Shown piece after piece: positions 34,326 to 48,400 of a stretch of 64,000 nucleotides of DNA. Origin of the DNA: Malacoraja senta (lineage: Eukaryota); NCBI GenBank assembly GCA_038087875.1, contig JAXLNO010000071.1:1-64000 (forward strand), read 5' to 3'. Each line of letters begins with the position of its first letter. Within the stretch, counting starts at the first letter, position 1. The notes beneath the pieces are model-generated. The model was not told where the DNA came from. It ran no database searches and saw nothing but the letters and a program-made list of their open reading frames with translations. A program made the translations under genes and the position numbers.

Positions 34326-35747
34326 CTCAGTAGTAATTAAAGAGTCCTTTTCAGAATGGCAGGCAGTGACTAGTGGGGTGCCGCAAGGCTCGGTGCTGGG
34401 ACCACTATTATTATTTACAATGTATAAAATCATGAGAGGAATAGATCGGGTAGACGCACAGAGTCTCTTGCCCAGAGTCGGGGAATCGAGGACCATGGGA
34501 CACAGGTTCAAGGTGAAGGGGAAAAGATTTAATAGGAATCTGAGGGGTAACTTTTTCACACAAAGGGTGGTGGGTGTATAGAACGAGCTGCGGGAGGAGG
34601 TAGTTGAGGCTGGGACTAAGAAACAGTTGGACAGGTACATGGATAGGACAGGTTTGGAGGGATATGGGCCAAACGCAGGCACTAGTGTGGGACTAGTGTA
34701 GCTGGGATATGTTGGCCAGTGTGGGCAAGTTGGACCGAAGGGCCTGTTTCCACGCTGTATCACTCTATGATTCTATATTAACGATTTAGACGTAAATGTA
34801 ACATCTCCAAGTTTGTGGATGACACAAGGCTGGGTGGCTGTGTGAGCTGTGAGGAGGATGCTATGAGGCTGCAGGGTGACTTGGACAGGTTGGGTGAGTG
34901 GGCAGATGCATGGCAGATACAGTTTAATGTGGATAAATGTGAGGTTATCCACTTTGGTGGCAAGAACAAGAAGGCAGATTATTATCTGAATGGTGTCAGA
35001 TTAGGAAAAGGGGAGGTGCAATGAGGCCTGGGTGTCCTTGTACATCAGTCACTGAAAGTAAGCATGTAGATACAGCAGGCAGTGAAGAAAGCAAATGGCA
35101 TGTTGGCTTTCATAGCGGGAGGATTTGAGTACAGGAGCAAGGATGTCCTACTGCAGTTGTACAGGGACCTGGTGAGACCACACATGGGGTATTGTGTGCA
35201 GTTTTGGTCTTCAAATTTGAGGAACGAAATTCTTACCATTGAGGGAGTGCAGCGTAGGTTCACCAAGTTAATTCCCGGTGCTGGATTGAAGGGCCGAATG
35301 GCCTACTCCTGCACCTATTTTCTATGTATCTAAGACTGTATCTCCACATGGTATATCTGAGAAGGCACAACGTTCTGGAGTAATAAGTATTGAGTACAGA
35401 AGTTGGGAGGTCACGTTGCAGTTGTACAAGACGTTGGTGAGGCCACATTTAGTGTATTGTGTTCAGTTCTGGGCACCGTGTTACAGGAAAGATGTCGTCG
35501 AGCTGGAAAGGGCGCAGAGAAGATTTACGAGGATGTGGACGGGACTCGAGGGAGCTACAGGGAGAGGTTGGGGCAGGCTGGGTCTCTATTCCTTGGAGCA
35601 CAGGAAGATGAGGCAGAGGTGTACAAAATCTTGAGAGGAATAGATTGGGTAGACGCACAGTCTCTTGCCCAGAGTAGAGAAATCGAGGACCAGAGGACAT
35701 AGGTTCAAGGTGAAGGGGAAAAGATTTAATGGGAACTTGAGGGGTGA

Positions 35748-35887
35748 TGCGTGTGCTTGTATGTGAGTGCGTGCGTGTGTGCGCGTGCATGTGTGTGCGT
35801 ATGTGTGTGCTTGCGTATGTGTGCGTGCGTGAGTGTGTGTGCGCGTGCATGTGTGTGCGTATGTGTGTGTGCTTGCGTGTGTGTGTG
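35748..35887. repeat. Alternating purine/pyrimidine (TG/CG/TA) low-complexity repeat
   Basis: Directly visible, with an internal ~60-bp duplicated unit. Confidence 0.9.
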
Positions 35888-36575
35888 ATGGGCCGGTGCA
35901 GATGATATTATGACCCAATTATTACAGAAAGACAAATAAACAACAAATCTTGCTCACAAGAGCACTCGAGATCAGAGACACTCTTTCTAAACCACGACAG
36001 TGACTAGATCTCCTAGAGGTTCCTGGTCTCTGTTCTATAGAAATGGAAACAGCCACTTTGGAGACAGGTGATAAGTGATAATAGACAATAGATGCAGGAG
36101 TAGGCCATTTGGCCATTCAACGTGATCATGGCTGATCATCCCCAATCAATACCCCGTTCCTGCCTTCTCTCCTTATCCTCCGCTATCTTTAAGAGCCCTA
36201 TCTAGCTCTCTCTTGAAAGCATACAGAGAACCTGCCTCCATCGCCCTCTGAGGCAGAGAATTCCACAGACTCACCACCCTCTGTGAGAAAAAGTGTTTCC
36301 TCGTCTCCGTTCTAAATGGCTTACTCCTTATTCTTAAATGATAGGAGCAGAATGAGGCCATTCGGCCCATCAAGTCTATTCTGCCATTCAATCATGGCCG
36401 ATCTATCTCTCCCTCCCAACCACATTCTCCTGCCTTCTCCCCATAACCCCTGACACCCGCACTGATCAACAATCTATCTATCTCTGCCTTAAAAATATCC
36501 ACTGACTTGTGGCCTCCACCGCCGTCTGTGTCAAAGAATCCCACAGATTCACCCCAGAGGGTGGTAGGGGATTCA

Positions 36576-37585
<1,010 letters not shown>

Positions 37586-38192
37586 ACTTGTTCAGTTTAG
37601 TTTAGTTTAGAGATACAGCGCGAAAACAGGCCCTTTGGCCCACCGAGTCCGCGCCGACCAGCGATCCCCGCACACTAACACTATCCTACACACACACACT
37701 AGGGGACAATTTACAATTTTACCAGAAGTCAATTGGGGATGATCAGCCATGATCACATTGAATGGCGGTGCTGGCTCGAAGGGCCGAATGGCCTAATCCT
37801 GCACCTATTGTCTATTGTCAAACTCCGTACAGACAGCACCCGTGGTCGGGATCGAACCTGGGTCTCTGGCGCTGTGAGGCAGCAGCTCTACCCGCTGCAC
37901 CACACTGTGTTGGCTTGCCGGGGGGGGCTCAGATGGAGATTTGGATCACGGGGGTCAGAGATTTGACCATTGGGATGAGGACAGAGGTGATGAAGATTTG
38001 TGTGTGTGGTTTTGAAACTCTTGCCCGATCCATCAACGGCGTCACAGGTAAACCTTCTGCCTTCTCTCTGTCACCCTGCGGCAGAGGCAAGGAGATGAGG
38101 ATCAGCGCTCCCTCCTCACCGCCTCTCATTCCCTCTCCCCCTCCCTCTCTCCTTCCCTCTCTCCCTCCCCCCCTCCCTCTCTCCCTCTCTCC

Positions 38193-38368
38193 TGTTGTAT
38201 TCGAGGCCTAATTAATTCACAAACGACACTTGGTGTCCAGAACCAGAAGGGTATTTATTACAAGCCAACATGGCCACTGCTAAAGCCCTGCAGTTCCCAC
38301 CTGGACCCTCCCTGAGGAAACATTCATTTCGAGACAGAGCCCTCTAGTGGTGACTGCAGGACACAACA
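38193..38368 (-). repeat. 3' LTR (176 bp) of the Gypsy element, with the polypurine tract at 38369..38382
   Basis: On the minus strand, the PPT AAGGAGGGAAAAAG is directly followed by TGTTGTG...ATACAACA inverted termini, with an internal AATAAA (38254..38259). Confidence 0.85.
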
Positions 38369-41300
38369 CTTTTTCCCTCCTTGTAAATGAAGGTGATCAT
38401 TTAAGTCCAGTTATCCACCCAAATATGTCCATATGCAATCAGTCCAAAATAACAGCTCGGTGAACATAACGTTTATGGCTTCACAGCTGATAATCGTGCA
38501 GATACTGAGGTCTCCTCTTCTGCCGCTGAGAGGGTCGAGCGGGAATAGACTGCTCTGCTGTCTGCTGACCACAATCACTGTCTTGACTGGATATTGGGAA
38601 AGGAAAAGTGTCCAATTCGTCTTCTTCCTGTCCCTGTCTACTTGCAATGAGACGCCTCGCGTTCCATCTGGTGTCATCTTGGAGGAGGTACACGTTCTCG
38701 CCGAATCTCCGTTTTATCAGTATCGGCTTGGAGAGTGCGCTTGCGAGCTTATGTTGTCTGTTTGGGCAGCTGATTCGTACCGTCGCCGACCTTGAACCGC
38801 GGCGCTCGTACTCTGCATTTGGCATCACAGTACGCTTTCCCTTTTGCTTGTCTATGTGCTATCATTTCCGCCCTCGCTTTTGTGTCTGGATTTGGGTGCG
38901 ATGGTGGTTGAAGAGCATTCAGTTTTGTTCAAAGGTTTCGCCCTATCATCAGCTCTGCTGGCGTTTTCCCAGTCAACGTGTGTGGTGTGGATCTGTAGGA
39001 TCGGAGGAGGATTATGGATTGACTGTTTGAACGTTTTCCCCTCCGACATGCTCGCTTTTATGCTTCCCTTGATCACGTGATTGAATCGTTCAACCCCGCC
39101 GTTCGATTGGGGGTTGTATCTCGACGTCCGCTGATGTTGAATGTTATAACTCGCGAGGAAAGTGGAGAATTGTTCAGATATGTACTGAGGGCGTTTGTCT
39201 GTCGTTATGACCTCCGGCAGTACCCACTTAGTGAACAGCGTTTCGAGAATCGCGATGATCTAGCTTGTCGTGACTGAGGAAGTAGTTGCGATCTCAGGCC
39301 ACTTGCTGTGGAGATCGTGTACAACAAGTAGAAACCCTGGCTTCTTGGCGCAGCTTGCACCTCTCCGGAGATGTCGACTTGCAAGTGCCTCCATGGTTTG
39401 TCCGTACATGGGATTGGCTGAAGAGTGGCAGGACATGGCCTTGTTGCTTTCTCGCTAATTGTGTATGCTGCACAATTTTTTACGAAATCTTCTACGCGAC
39501 GATCTATTGCTGGCCACCACACTGCCTCGCGACACCGTTGTTTCATCTTAACAATGCCCGGGTGTCCTTCGTGTGCTAGTTGTAACACGCGGTGTTGCAG
39601 TGATTTGGGTATAACCACTCGAGTTCCGCGCGTGACACATGTATCGTCAACCACAGCCAGTTCGTGGCGTACCCGGTGGTACGGAACCAAGTCCTCTGCT
39701 ATCTCCTTGGGCCAGTCTGTCCTGGCAGACGACTTGCAGTGTGCCGTCAGCTGTTGACTCTGCTTTCAGCTCTCCCCGCGTCACTAGATTCACCATCGCG
39801 TGCGAAATCACTGCAAGAACGGGTTCGTCGATGTCACTTGAAGCGTCGTTATCGCGTGTGTGTGCTTGGGGGTGCCACCGTTGGGACTCGACTGAGCAAG
39901 TCTGCGATGCGATTGCGTGAACCTGCGAGGTATTCTACTTTGAAGTTGTACTGGTGAAGGCGATCGGACCATCTGTAGATCCTGAGCGGACGGTGTCCTG
40001 AGCCTGACATGTCCAGCAACGTAGATAGCGCTTGGTGATCTGTACGGAGAGTGAATGGTCTCCCGTATAGGTATACGTGCCAGTGTTCACACGCGTAGAT
40101 GCACGCTAATGCTTCGCGTTCCCCGGTGGAGTACTTGCGTTCGGTTGCAGTCAACGGACGGGACACGAATGCGATCGGTCATTTGCTTCCGTCGATACCC
40201 TGCGAGAACGCTGCTCCGATCGCTATACCGGAAGCATCTGTTGTGACGTACGTTTAAGCACTTGGGTCGAAGAGCGCGAGAACAGGCGGAGATGCTATTT
40301 TGTATTTCAGCGTGTTGAACGCGAAGTCCTGCTCATCCGTCCATTCCCACTGTGTGTCTTCTGTAGCAGCTTCTGTAGCGGTTCTGCGATCTGCGCGTAC
40401 TGCAGTACAAACTTGCAGTTGAAGTTGGTGGTGCCCAGAAATGATGCTAGCTCTTTCACGTTAGTTGGGGCGGGAGCACGTTGATGGCTTGGACATTGTC
40501 CTGAGTTGGCTCAACTCAGTCGCTGTCACTCTGTACCCGGGATGTCAATCTCGGAGGCTGTAAATGTGCACTTTGCTGCGTTGAGTGTCAAGTTGTGTTG
40601 CGTGAGACGAGCTAACACTACATGCAGTCGTCGATCGTGTTCCTCCTTGTCCCTTCCATGGACGACATCATCGAGGAGATTGAGTGCTCTGTCAATGCCT
40701 GCCAGAACCACCGCCACGATTTTTTGAAATGCGCCAGGCGCTGAGCACAGTCCATACGGCATCCTACGGTACTGAAATACTCCTTCACGTGTAATGAATG
40801 CTGACAAATGCGAGAACCAGGAAGGGTACTCATGCCCATACTCCGCGTCGCTGATCACATTGATGTTCATGCAGGTTGAGTCCTGAAGCTTGAACCCTTG
40901 TTGATCAAACAAATTGACTCCCATCAGACTCTTTCCTTCTGCGACGTAGAATGTGAAGCTATCGAGCTTAACTGCTTTGTAGCAGACAGGAACGATCACT
41001 AACCCTCTCGTGGGTATGGTTGAACCATCATAAGCATGAAGTGTCCCTCGGGGGAGCAAGTGGGTAGTCCGAAAAGGACCTTTTGCAGAGGTCGACGCTC
41101 AAAATAGATACCTTTGCCCCCACATCTATGAGAAGCGATACCGAGGTCCCAGCGATCTCGACCCTGCACTTTGAAGCCCCTGTTGACCGAACATCCTGGT
41201 CAGCCCTGTCCTTTATGGAGTATACGTCGTGTCCACCCGGAGATTCATCGTCTACATGGCGAACAGATGACGCCACCTCCTTCGATAACCGGCATACTTT

Positions 41301-41858
41301 CTCGAAGTGATTCAGCTTTGAACACGCGTTGCATCTTCACCGGCCACAATTCGGACACTGCTTGTTTGAGCGATTGTGTTTAGATTGCCTCTGAATGCCC
41401 TGCACTGGTGCTGTGTTCATCTGATGGGATGCATGACAAAATGCTCCTCAGCGCATGCCATCGGCTGTTGTTTGAGCACCCCGGCGTTATGCATCGCACT
41501 TTCAATTTGCACAGCTAACGCTTGTGCCTTTTCGAGTGTGAGAGCATCATTCTCCATGAGAAGGTGCTCTCTAATCCGCGGGAACAGAATCTTTTCGATC
41601 AGCTGGTCTCTCACCAGCTCATCAGTCAGTGCTCCAAATTGCACTTTGCAGCCAGTTCTATCAATGCAGAAGCAAATTGCTTCAGTGGTTCGCCTTGTCC
41701 CTGTGACCGTTGGTGAAACCGGTATCTCTCTATCACACACTTGTCCTTGGGCCAAAATAATTGCCCAGTGCATTAACTGCAGTACTGTACTCACTCGTTG
41801 CAGCACTGTCGAGCTGCGCGAAGATTCCACTGTTCCCTCCGTTCCGAGGCAATGCAGC
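38193..41858 (-). mobile_element. Decayed Ty3/Gypsy LTR retrotransposon (gag-PR-RT-RH-IN), 5' part lost in the gap
   Basis: Minus-strand order: gag (FGALTDELVRDQLIEK), protease (LLIDVGAKVS), RT (AFITREGVFQYRRMPYGLCSAPGAFQK, LLDDVV), RNase H (SRPLTATERKYSTGEREALA..HVYLYGRPFTLRTDHQAL) and integrase Zn finger (AHEGHPGIVKMK..VWWP..FVKNC). Many frameshifts. Confidence 0.92.
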
Positions 41859-42058
41859 NNNNNNNNNNNNNNNNNNNNNNNNNNNNNNNNNNNNNNNNNN
41901 NNNNNNNNNNNNNNNNNNNNNNNNNNNNNNNNNNNNNNNNNNNNNNNNNNNNNNNNNNNNNNNNNNNNNNNNNNNNNNNNNNNNNNNNNNNNNNNNNNNN
42001 NNNNNNNNNNNNNNNNNNNNNNNNNNNNNNNNNNNNNNNNNNNNNNNNNNNNNNNNNN
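41859..42058. other. Assembly gap, exactly 200 N
   Basis: Run of N. The round length suggests a placeholder scaffold join of unknown true size. Confidence 0.99.
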
Positions 42059-42400
42059 TTTAGCTCAGAGACCAAGCGTGGAAACAGGCCCTTCGGCCCA
42101 CCGAGTTTGTGCCGACCAGCGATCGCCTGATCACACACTAGTTCTGTGTTTAGGTTAGAGATACAGCACGGAAACAGGCCCTTCGACCCACTGAGTCCGT
42201 GCCGACCAGCGATCGCCTGATCACACACTAGTTCTGTGTTTAGTTTAGAGATACAGCGCGGAAACAGGCCCTTCGGCCCACCGAGTCCGTGCCGACCAGC
42301 GATCGCCTGATCATACACTAGTTCTGTGTTTAGTTTAGAGATACAGCGCGGAAACAGGCCCTTCGGCCCACCAACTCCGCGCCGACCAGCGATCCCCACA
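42059..42400 (-). repeat. 90-bp tandem array of SINE 3' tails (4 units)
   Basis: Units start at ~42059, 42151, 42241 and 42331: TAGAGATACAGCGCGGAAACAGGCCCTTCGGCCCACCGAGTCCGTGCCGACCAGCGATCGCCTGATCACACACTAGTTCTGTGTT. Confidence 0.9.
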
Positions 42401-43775
42401 CACTAACACTATCCGACACACACTAGGGGACAATTTACAATTTTTACCGAAGCCAATTAACCTACAAACCTACACATCTTTGGAGTGTGGGAGGAAACCG
42501 GAGCGCCCGGAGAAATAATGATTATAATAATATCTTTTATTGTCATTGCACACAGGTGCAACAAGATTTGGTATGCAGCTTCCATCCGATGTCACAACTT
42601 AAACAACTAATAACATTTAGATACCCCGAGAAACATGGTTTATACAAAAAGAACAGTAAAACAGTAAAATAGTCTAAAGTGCAAATATATCTGTGCCGGG
42701 TCGATGTGCGACGTGACCATCCGAGGGAGACAGTTCATGGGGGTGGGGGGCACTCAGCTGGGCCGGTTCAGAGCAGCTATAGCTCTGGGGATGAAGCTGT
42801 TCCTTAGTCTGGAAGTGCGGGCGTAGAAGGCCTTGTAACGTCTGCAGGAAGGTAGGAGTTCGAACAGACTATTACAGGGGTATGAGGAGTCTTTGTGGAT
42901 GCTGACGGCCTTCCTGAGGCACCGTGTATAGTAGATGCCCTCCAAAGCTGGTAGCTGTGTCCCAATGATCTTCTGCGCTCAGTGGACGACGCGCTGAACA
43001 GCTCTCCTCTCCGTCTCCGTACAGCTGAGATACCACAGAGAGATGACATTTTAGTATGCTCTCTGGTGCAGTGGTAAAAGGTTGTGGGAAACGCACGCAG
43101 ATCACGGGGAGAACGTACAAACTCCGTACAGACAGCACCCGTGGTCGGGATCGAACCCGGGTCTCTGGCGCTGTGAGGCAGCAGCTCTACCCGCTGCGCC
43201 ACCGTGATGACCCACTACACGTTGGTCAGCTGGGAAGAAACTGTCCCTGAATCTGGAGGTGTGCGTTCGTTTTCACACTTCTGTACCTGTTGTCCGATGG
43301 GAGAGGGGAGGAGAGGGAGTGACCGGGGTGAGACTGGTCCTTGATTATGCTGCTGGCCTTGCCGAGGTATCTAACCCTTGTTGGACAAATGGGATTGTTT
43401 TCTCTGGAGCGTCGGAGGCTGACGGGAGACCTGATTAGAACGTCTTTGTTCTCCAGAGATGCTGCCTGACCCGCTGAGTTACTCCAGCACTTTGTACCTG
43501 TCCACATTCTCCAGAGATGCTGCCTGACCCGCTGAGCTACTCCAGCACTTTGTACCTATCCACGCTGTTTCACTCTATGTCTGTTTCCACGCTTTATCAC
43601 TCTATGTCTCTAAGACTATGGCTCTATGAGTTACTCCAACATGTTGTGCCTGTTTCGTATCTGATGCTGGGAGGAAGTGTGTTCACTGAGCCTTTGAGCC
43701 AGGTTTCCTCCGAGATTCGCTGTTCTCTGATGAAAGTTATATATGTTTTGTTGACGAGCTTTCGCGAGCCGTGAT

Positions 43776-44305
43776 TAGGGTTGGCAACTGTCCCGTATTA
43801 GCTGTGACATCCCGTACATTGGCCAATAAATTGGTTTGTCCCGTACAGGACCGCCCTTGTCCCGTATTTGACTGCTTCTACCCGGGTCGAGGGGACTGTC
43901 GGGTCGGAGCGCCACGTCCAGCCCCGCCTCGCCCGTCCCGACGTAGTGCAGCCTATGGAGTGCAGCAGCAGCAGCAGCGCCTCGCCTGTGGCCCCGTCGG
44001 TCGGTCGGTCAGCAGCCCGGCCAGCTGTCCGAGCCTCGGACCTTCGCTGACCGCCGACACCACCACCACCTCTCCTTCTCATGGGCCGATCGTCGGTTCA
44101 CGAGTTGGACTGGGAGCCGGACTTTGCCCCCCGGGCCAAAACTCCTCAGCTGGCCCGCCGGCTGGGCTATGTGTACAGTCTAGCACCCGGGCCAACTCAT
44201 CATTCACCCAGCCACGGCCGAGTCGCTCAACGAATTGCCCTGGGGAATTTGTCCCGTATTTTGACATGTGTCCCTTATTTGGGAGTGAGAAAGTTGGCAA
44301 CCATA
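43776..44305. mobile_element. hAT MITE, A3 copy
   Basis: Same TIRs and flanks as 1713..2243. Confidence 0.8.
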
Positions 44306-45444
44306 GCCATGACGATTTAGGACTCTTCATTGACTCACGGCAGTCCCAAGGTAGTTGGTGGCTTTATAGAGACAATAATTCCTGCCTTCCCTTTCCATCC
44401 AGTTGAGTTTATTGTCCCGTGTACCGAGGTACAGTGAAAAGCTTTCTTGGTGCGTGCTATCCAGTCAGCGGAAAGTGTACATGATTACAATCGGGCCGTC
44501 CACAGTGTACAGATACAGGATAAAGGGAATAACGTTTAGTGCAAGATATAGGCATTGGTGAGGCCACATTTAAAGTATTATGTTCAGTTCTGGGCACTGT
44601 GTTATAAGGAAAAAAAGTTTAGTTTGGTTCAGTTCATGTTAGTTCAGATATACAGCGCGGAAATAGGCCCTTCGGCCCTCCATGCCCCTTGGGGTATGGG
44701 CCTGTAATCGCTGGAGTTTAGAAGAATGAGTGGGGGTGACCTCATTGAAACGTACAGAATAGTGAAAGGCCTGGATAGAGTGGATGTGGAGTTTCCAGTA
44801 GTGGGAGAGTCTGGGACCAAGGAGGCACAGCCTCAGAATTAAAGGACGTTCCTTTAGGAAGATATGAGGAGGAATTTCTTTTCGCCAGAGAGGGTGGTGA
44901 ATCTGTGGATTCTTTTCCATACACTGTGGTGAGGACACAAGTCAGTGGATATAGTTTAAGGCTGTGATAGATTCTTGTTTAAGAAATAACTGCAGATGCT
45001 GGGAAAAATCGAAGGTAGACAAAAATGCTGGAGAAACTCAGCGCGTGAGTGCAGCATCTATGGAGCGACATTCGGGTCGAGACCCTTCTTCAGACTGATG
45101 TGGATGTGTGGTGGCGGCTGGAAGAGGAAAGGAAGAGGCGGAGACAGTGGGCTGTGGAGAGCTGGGAAGGGGGAGGGAAGGAGGGAGAACGCAGGGACTA
45201 CCTGTAATTGGAGAAGTCAATGTTCATACCGGTGGGGTGGTAAACTGCCCAAGCGAAATATGAGTGTGCTGCTCCTCCAATTTGCAGTGGGACTCACTCT
45301 AGCCATGGAGGAGGCCCAGGACAGAAAGGGTCGGATTCGGAATGGGACGGGCAGTTGAAGTGCTGAGCCACCGGGAGATCGATTCTTGATTAATACGGGT
45401 GTCAGGGGTAATGGGGTGAAGGCAGGAGAATGGGGTTGGAGGGA

Positions 45445-48400
45445 GAGATATAAGTGGTATAAGAGATATACCTTCAAAATAAGTGGTCCAGAGATGCCGC
45501 TGATTGGTGGAAGCGGACTAGAGGAAGCAGCTGATTGGGAGTAACGCTAGATACTGCCGGCCCTGCTGATTTCTTCCAGCTCTTTGTTTTGTATCCTGGG
45601 TAAGGGGGGGAGTATGAGTGCCCGGGCAGTTTACTGTTCTGAATGTCAGATGTGGGAAGTCATGGAGTCTGATAGCCTTCCAGGCGTCCACATCTGTGCG
45701 AGGTGCGTCGAAATGTGGCTCCTAAGGGACCGTATTAGAACCTGGAGCACCAGCTCGATGACCTCTGTCTGGTCAGGGAGAGTGAGGAGGTCATAGAGAA
45801 GAGTTATAGAGAGGTGGTCACTCCAAGACCACGGGAGGCAGACAAGTTGGTCACGGTTAGGAGGGGCAAGGGCAGAGGCAGGGACTAGTGAGTACCCCCG
45901 GTGGCTGTACACCTTGGAAATAAGTATTCCTGTTTGAGTACTGTTGAGGGGACAGCCTACCTTGGGGTAGGGACAGCGGCCGGGCCTCCGGCGCAGAGAC
46001 CGGCCCTGTTGCTCAGAAGAGTAGGGAAAAGAAGAGGAGGGCAATACTAATAGGGGACTCTATAGTTAGGGGTCAGATAGGCGATTCTGTGGACGCAGTC
46101 AGGAGACCCGGATGGTAGTTTGCCTCCCTGGTGCCAGGGTCTGGGATGTGTCTGAACGTGTCCAATATATCCTGAAATCGGAGGGAGAGGAGCCTGAGTG
46201 TCGTGGTACATATAGGTACCAAAGACATAGGTAGAAAAAAGAGAAGAGGTCCTGAAATGAGAATTTAGGGAGTTAGGAGGAGAGTTAAGGGAGAAGGACC
46301 GCAAAAGTAACAATCTCAGGATTACTGCCTGTGCCACACGACAGTGAGAGTAGGAATGGAGTGAGGTGGATGATAAATGCGTGGCTGAGGGACTGGTGCA
46401 GAGGGCAGGGATTAAAGTTTCTGGATCATTGGGACCTCTTTTGGGGAAGGTGTGACCTGTACAAAAAGGACGGGTTGCATTTGAACCCGAGGGGAACCAA
46501 TATCCTGGCGGGGAGATTTACAAAGGCTACTGGGGAGACGTTAAACTAGAACGGTTGGTGGGAGGGGACTGAAATAGAGAAAGCTAGTAGACAGTGTGTG
46601 AGGCAGGAGGCAGAGATGGGAAGCACTCAGACCCAACATGTAGGGGAGAAAGAAGAAAAAGATAATAAACAGAGAATAAGAGGTGGTGGGTTTCTTAAAT
46701 GTGTATCTTTTAATGCTAGGAGCATTGTAAGAAAGGTGGATGAGCTTAGAGCCTAGATTGACACCTGGAAGTATGATGTTGTGGCGATTAGTGAAACATG
46801 GTTGCAGGATGGCTGTGATTGGAAACTAAATATTCCAGGATTTTGTTGCTTCAGGTGTGATAGAATTGGAGGGGCAAGAGGTGGAGGTGTTGCATTGCTT
46901 GTCAGGGAAGGTATTACAGCAGTGCTTTGGCAGGATAGAGTAGAGGGCTCGTCTAGGGAGGCTATTTGGGTGGAACTGAGAAATGGGAAAGCGGTGTATT
47001 ATAGATCGCCTAATGGGGAGTGAGAATTGCAAGAGCAAATAGGTAAGGAGATAGCAGATATTAGTAGTAAGCACAAGGTAGTGATTGTGGGAGATTTCAA
47101 TTTTCCACACATAGACTGGGAAACACATTCTGTAAAAGGGCTGGATGGTTTGGAGTTTGTAAAATGTGTGCAGGATAGTTTTTTGCAGCAATACATAGAG
47201 GTACCTACTAGAGAAGGGGCAGTGCTGGACCTCCTGTTAGGAAATGAGACAGGGCAGGTGGCGGAGGTATGTGTTGGGGAGCATTTCGGGTCCAGTGATC
47301 ACAATACCATTAGTTTCAATATAATTATGGAGAAGGTCAGAACTGGACCAAGGGTTGAGATTTTTGATTGGAGAAAGGCTAACTTTGAGGAGATGCGAGA
47401 GAATTTAAAAGGAGTGAATTGGGACATTTTGTTTTATGGGAAGGATGTGGTAGAGAAATGGAGGACATTTAAAGGTGACATTTTAAGAGTACAGAATCTT
47501 TATGTTCCTGTTCGGCTGAAAGGAAAGAGTAATAATTGGAAAGAGCCATGGTTTTCAAGGGAAATTGGACACTGTTCGGAAAAAGAGAGAGATCTACAAT
47601 AATTATAGGCAGCATGGAGTAAATGAGGTGCTTGAGGAGTATAAAGAATGTAAAAAGAATCTTAAGAAAGAAATTAGAAAAGCTAAAAGAAGATATGGTT
47701 GCTTTGGCAAGTAAGGTGAAAGTAAATCCAAAGGGTTTCTCCAGCTATATTAATAGCAAAAGGATAACTAGGGATAAAATTGATCCATTAGAGAGTCAGA
47801 GTGGACAGCTATCTGCAGAGCCAAAAGCGATGGGGAAATTTTGAACAATTTCTTTTCTTCGGTATTCACCAAGGAGAAGGATATTGAATTATGTGAGGTA
47901 AGGGAAACGAGTAGAGTAGCTATGGAAACTACGAGGATCAAAGAAAGAGGAAGTACTGACACTTTTGAAAAATATAAAAGTGGATAAGTCTCCAGGTCCC
48001 GACAGGATATTCCCTAGGACATTGAGGGAAGTTAGTGTAGAAATAGCAGGGGCTATGACAGAAATATTTCAAATTTCATTAGAAACGGGAATGATGCCGG
48101 AGGATTGGCGTACTGCGCATGTTGTTCCATTGTTTAAAAAGGGTTCTAAGAACAAACCTAGCAATTATAGACCTGTTAGTTTGACGTCAGTGGTGGGCAA
48201 ATTAATGGAAAGGATACTTAGAGATAATATATATAATCATCTGGATAAACAGGGTCTGATTAGGAACAGTCAACATGGAATTGTGCTTGGAAGGTCATGT
48301 TTGACTAATCATCTTGAATTTTTTGAAGAGGTTACTAGGGAAATTGATGAGGGTAAAGCGGTGGGTGTTGTCTATATGGACTTCAGTAAGGCCTTTGACA

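Larger units (their letters stand above)
29945..36565. mobile_element. Cluster of truncated CR1 3' fragments in both orientations, V-SINEs (e.g. 30520..30780 +) and Rex-type tails
   Basis: Repeated RRMRGDLIETYKI / GESRTRGHSL / LYRALVRPHLEYCVQFWSP peptides and (TATTGTC)n or (TTTCTATG)n tails. Confidence 0.8.

Noticed and set aside
41376..42399. ORFs spanning the N run
   Set aside because: Artefacts of translating through the gap.
42059..42400. Regularly spaced repeats resembling a CRISPR array
   Set aside because: Whole 90-bp units repeat with no unique spacers, the units are SINE tails, the context is eukaryotic, and there are no cas genes.
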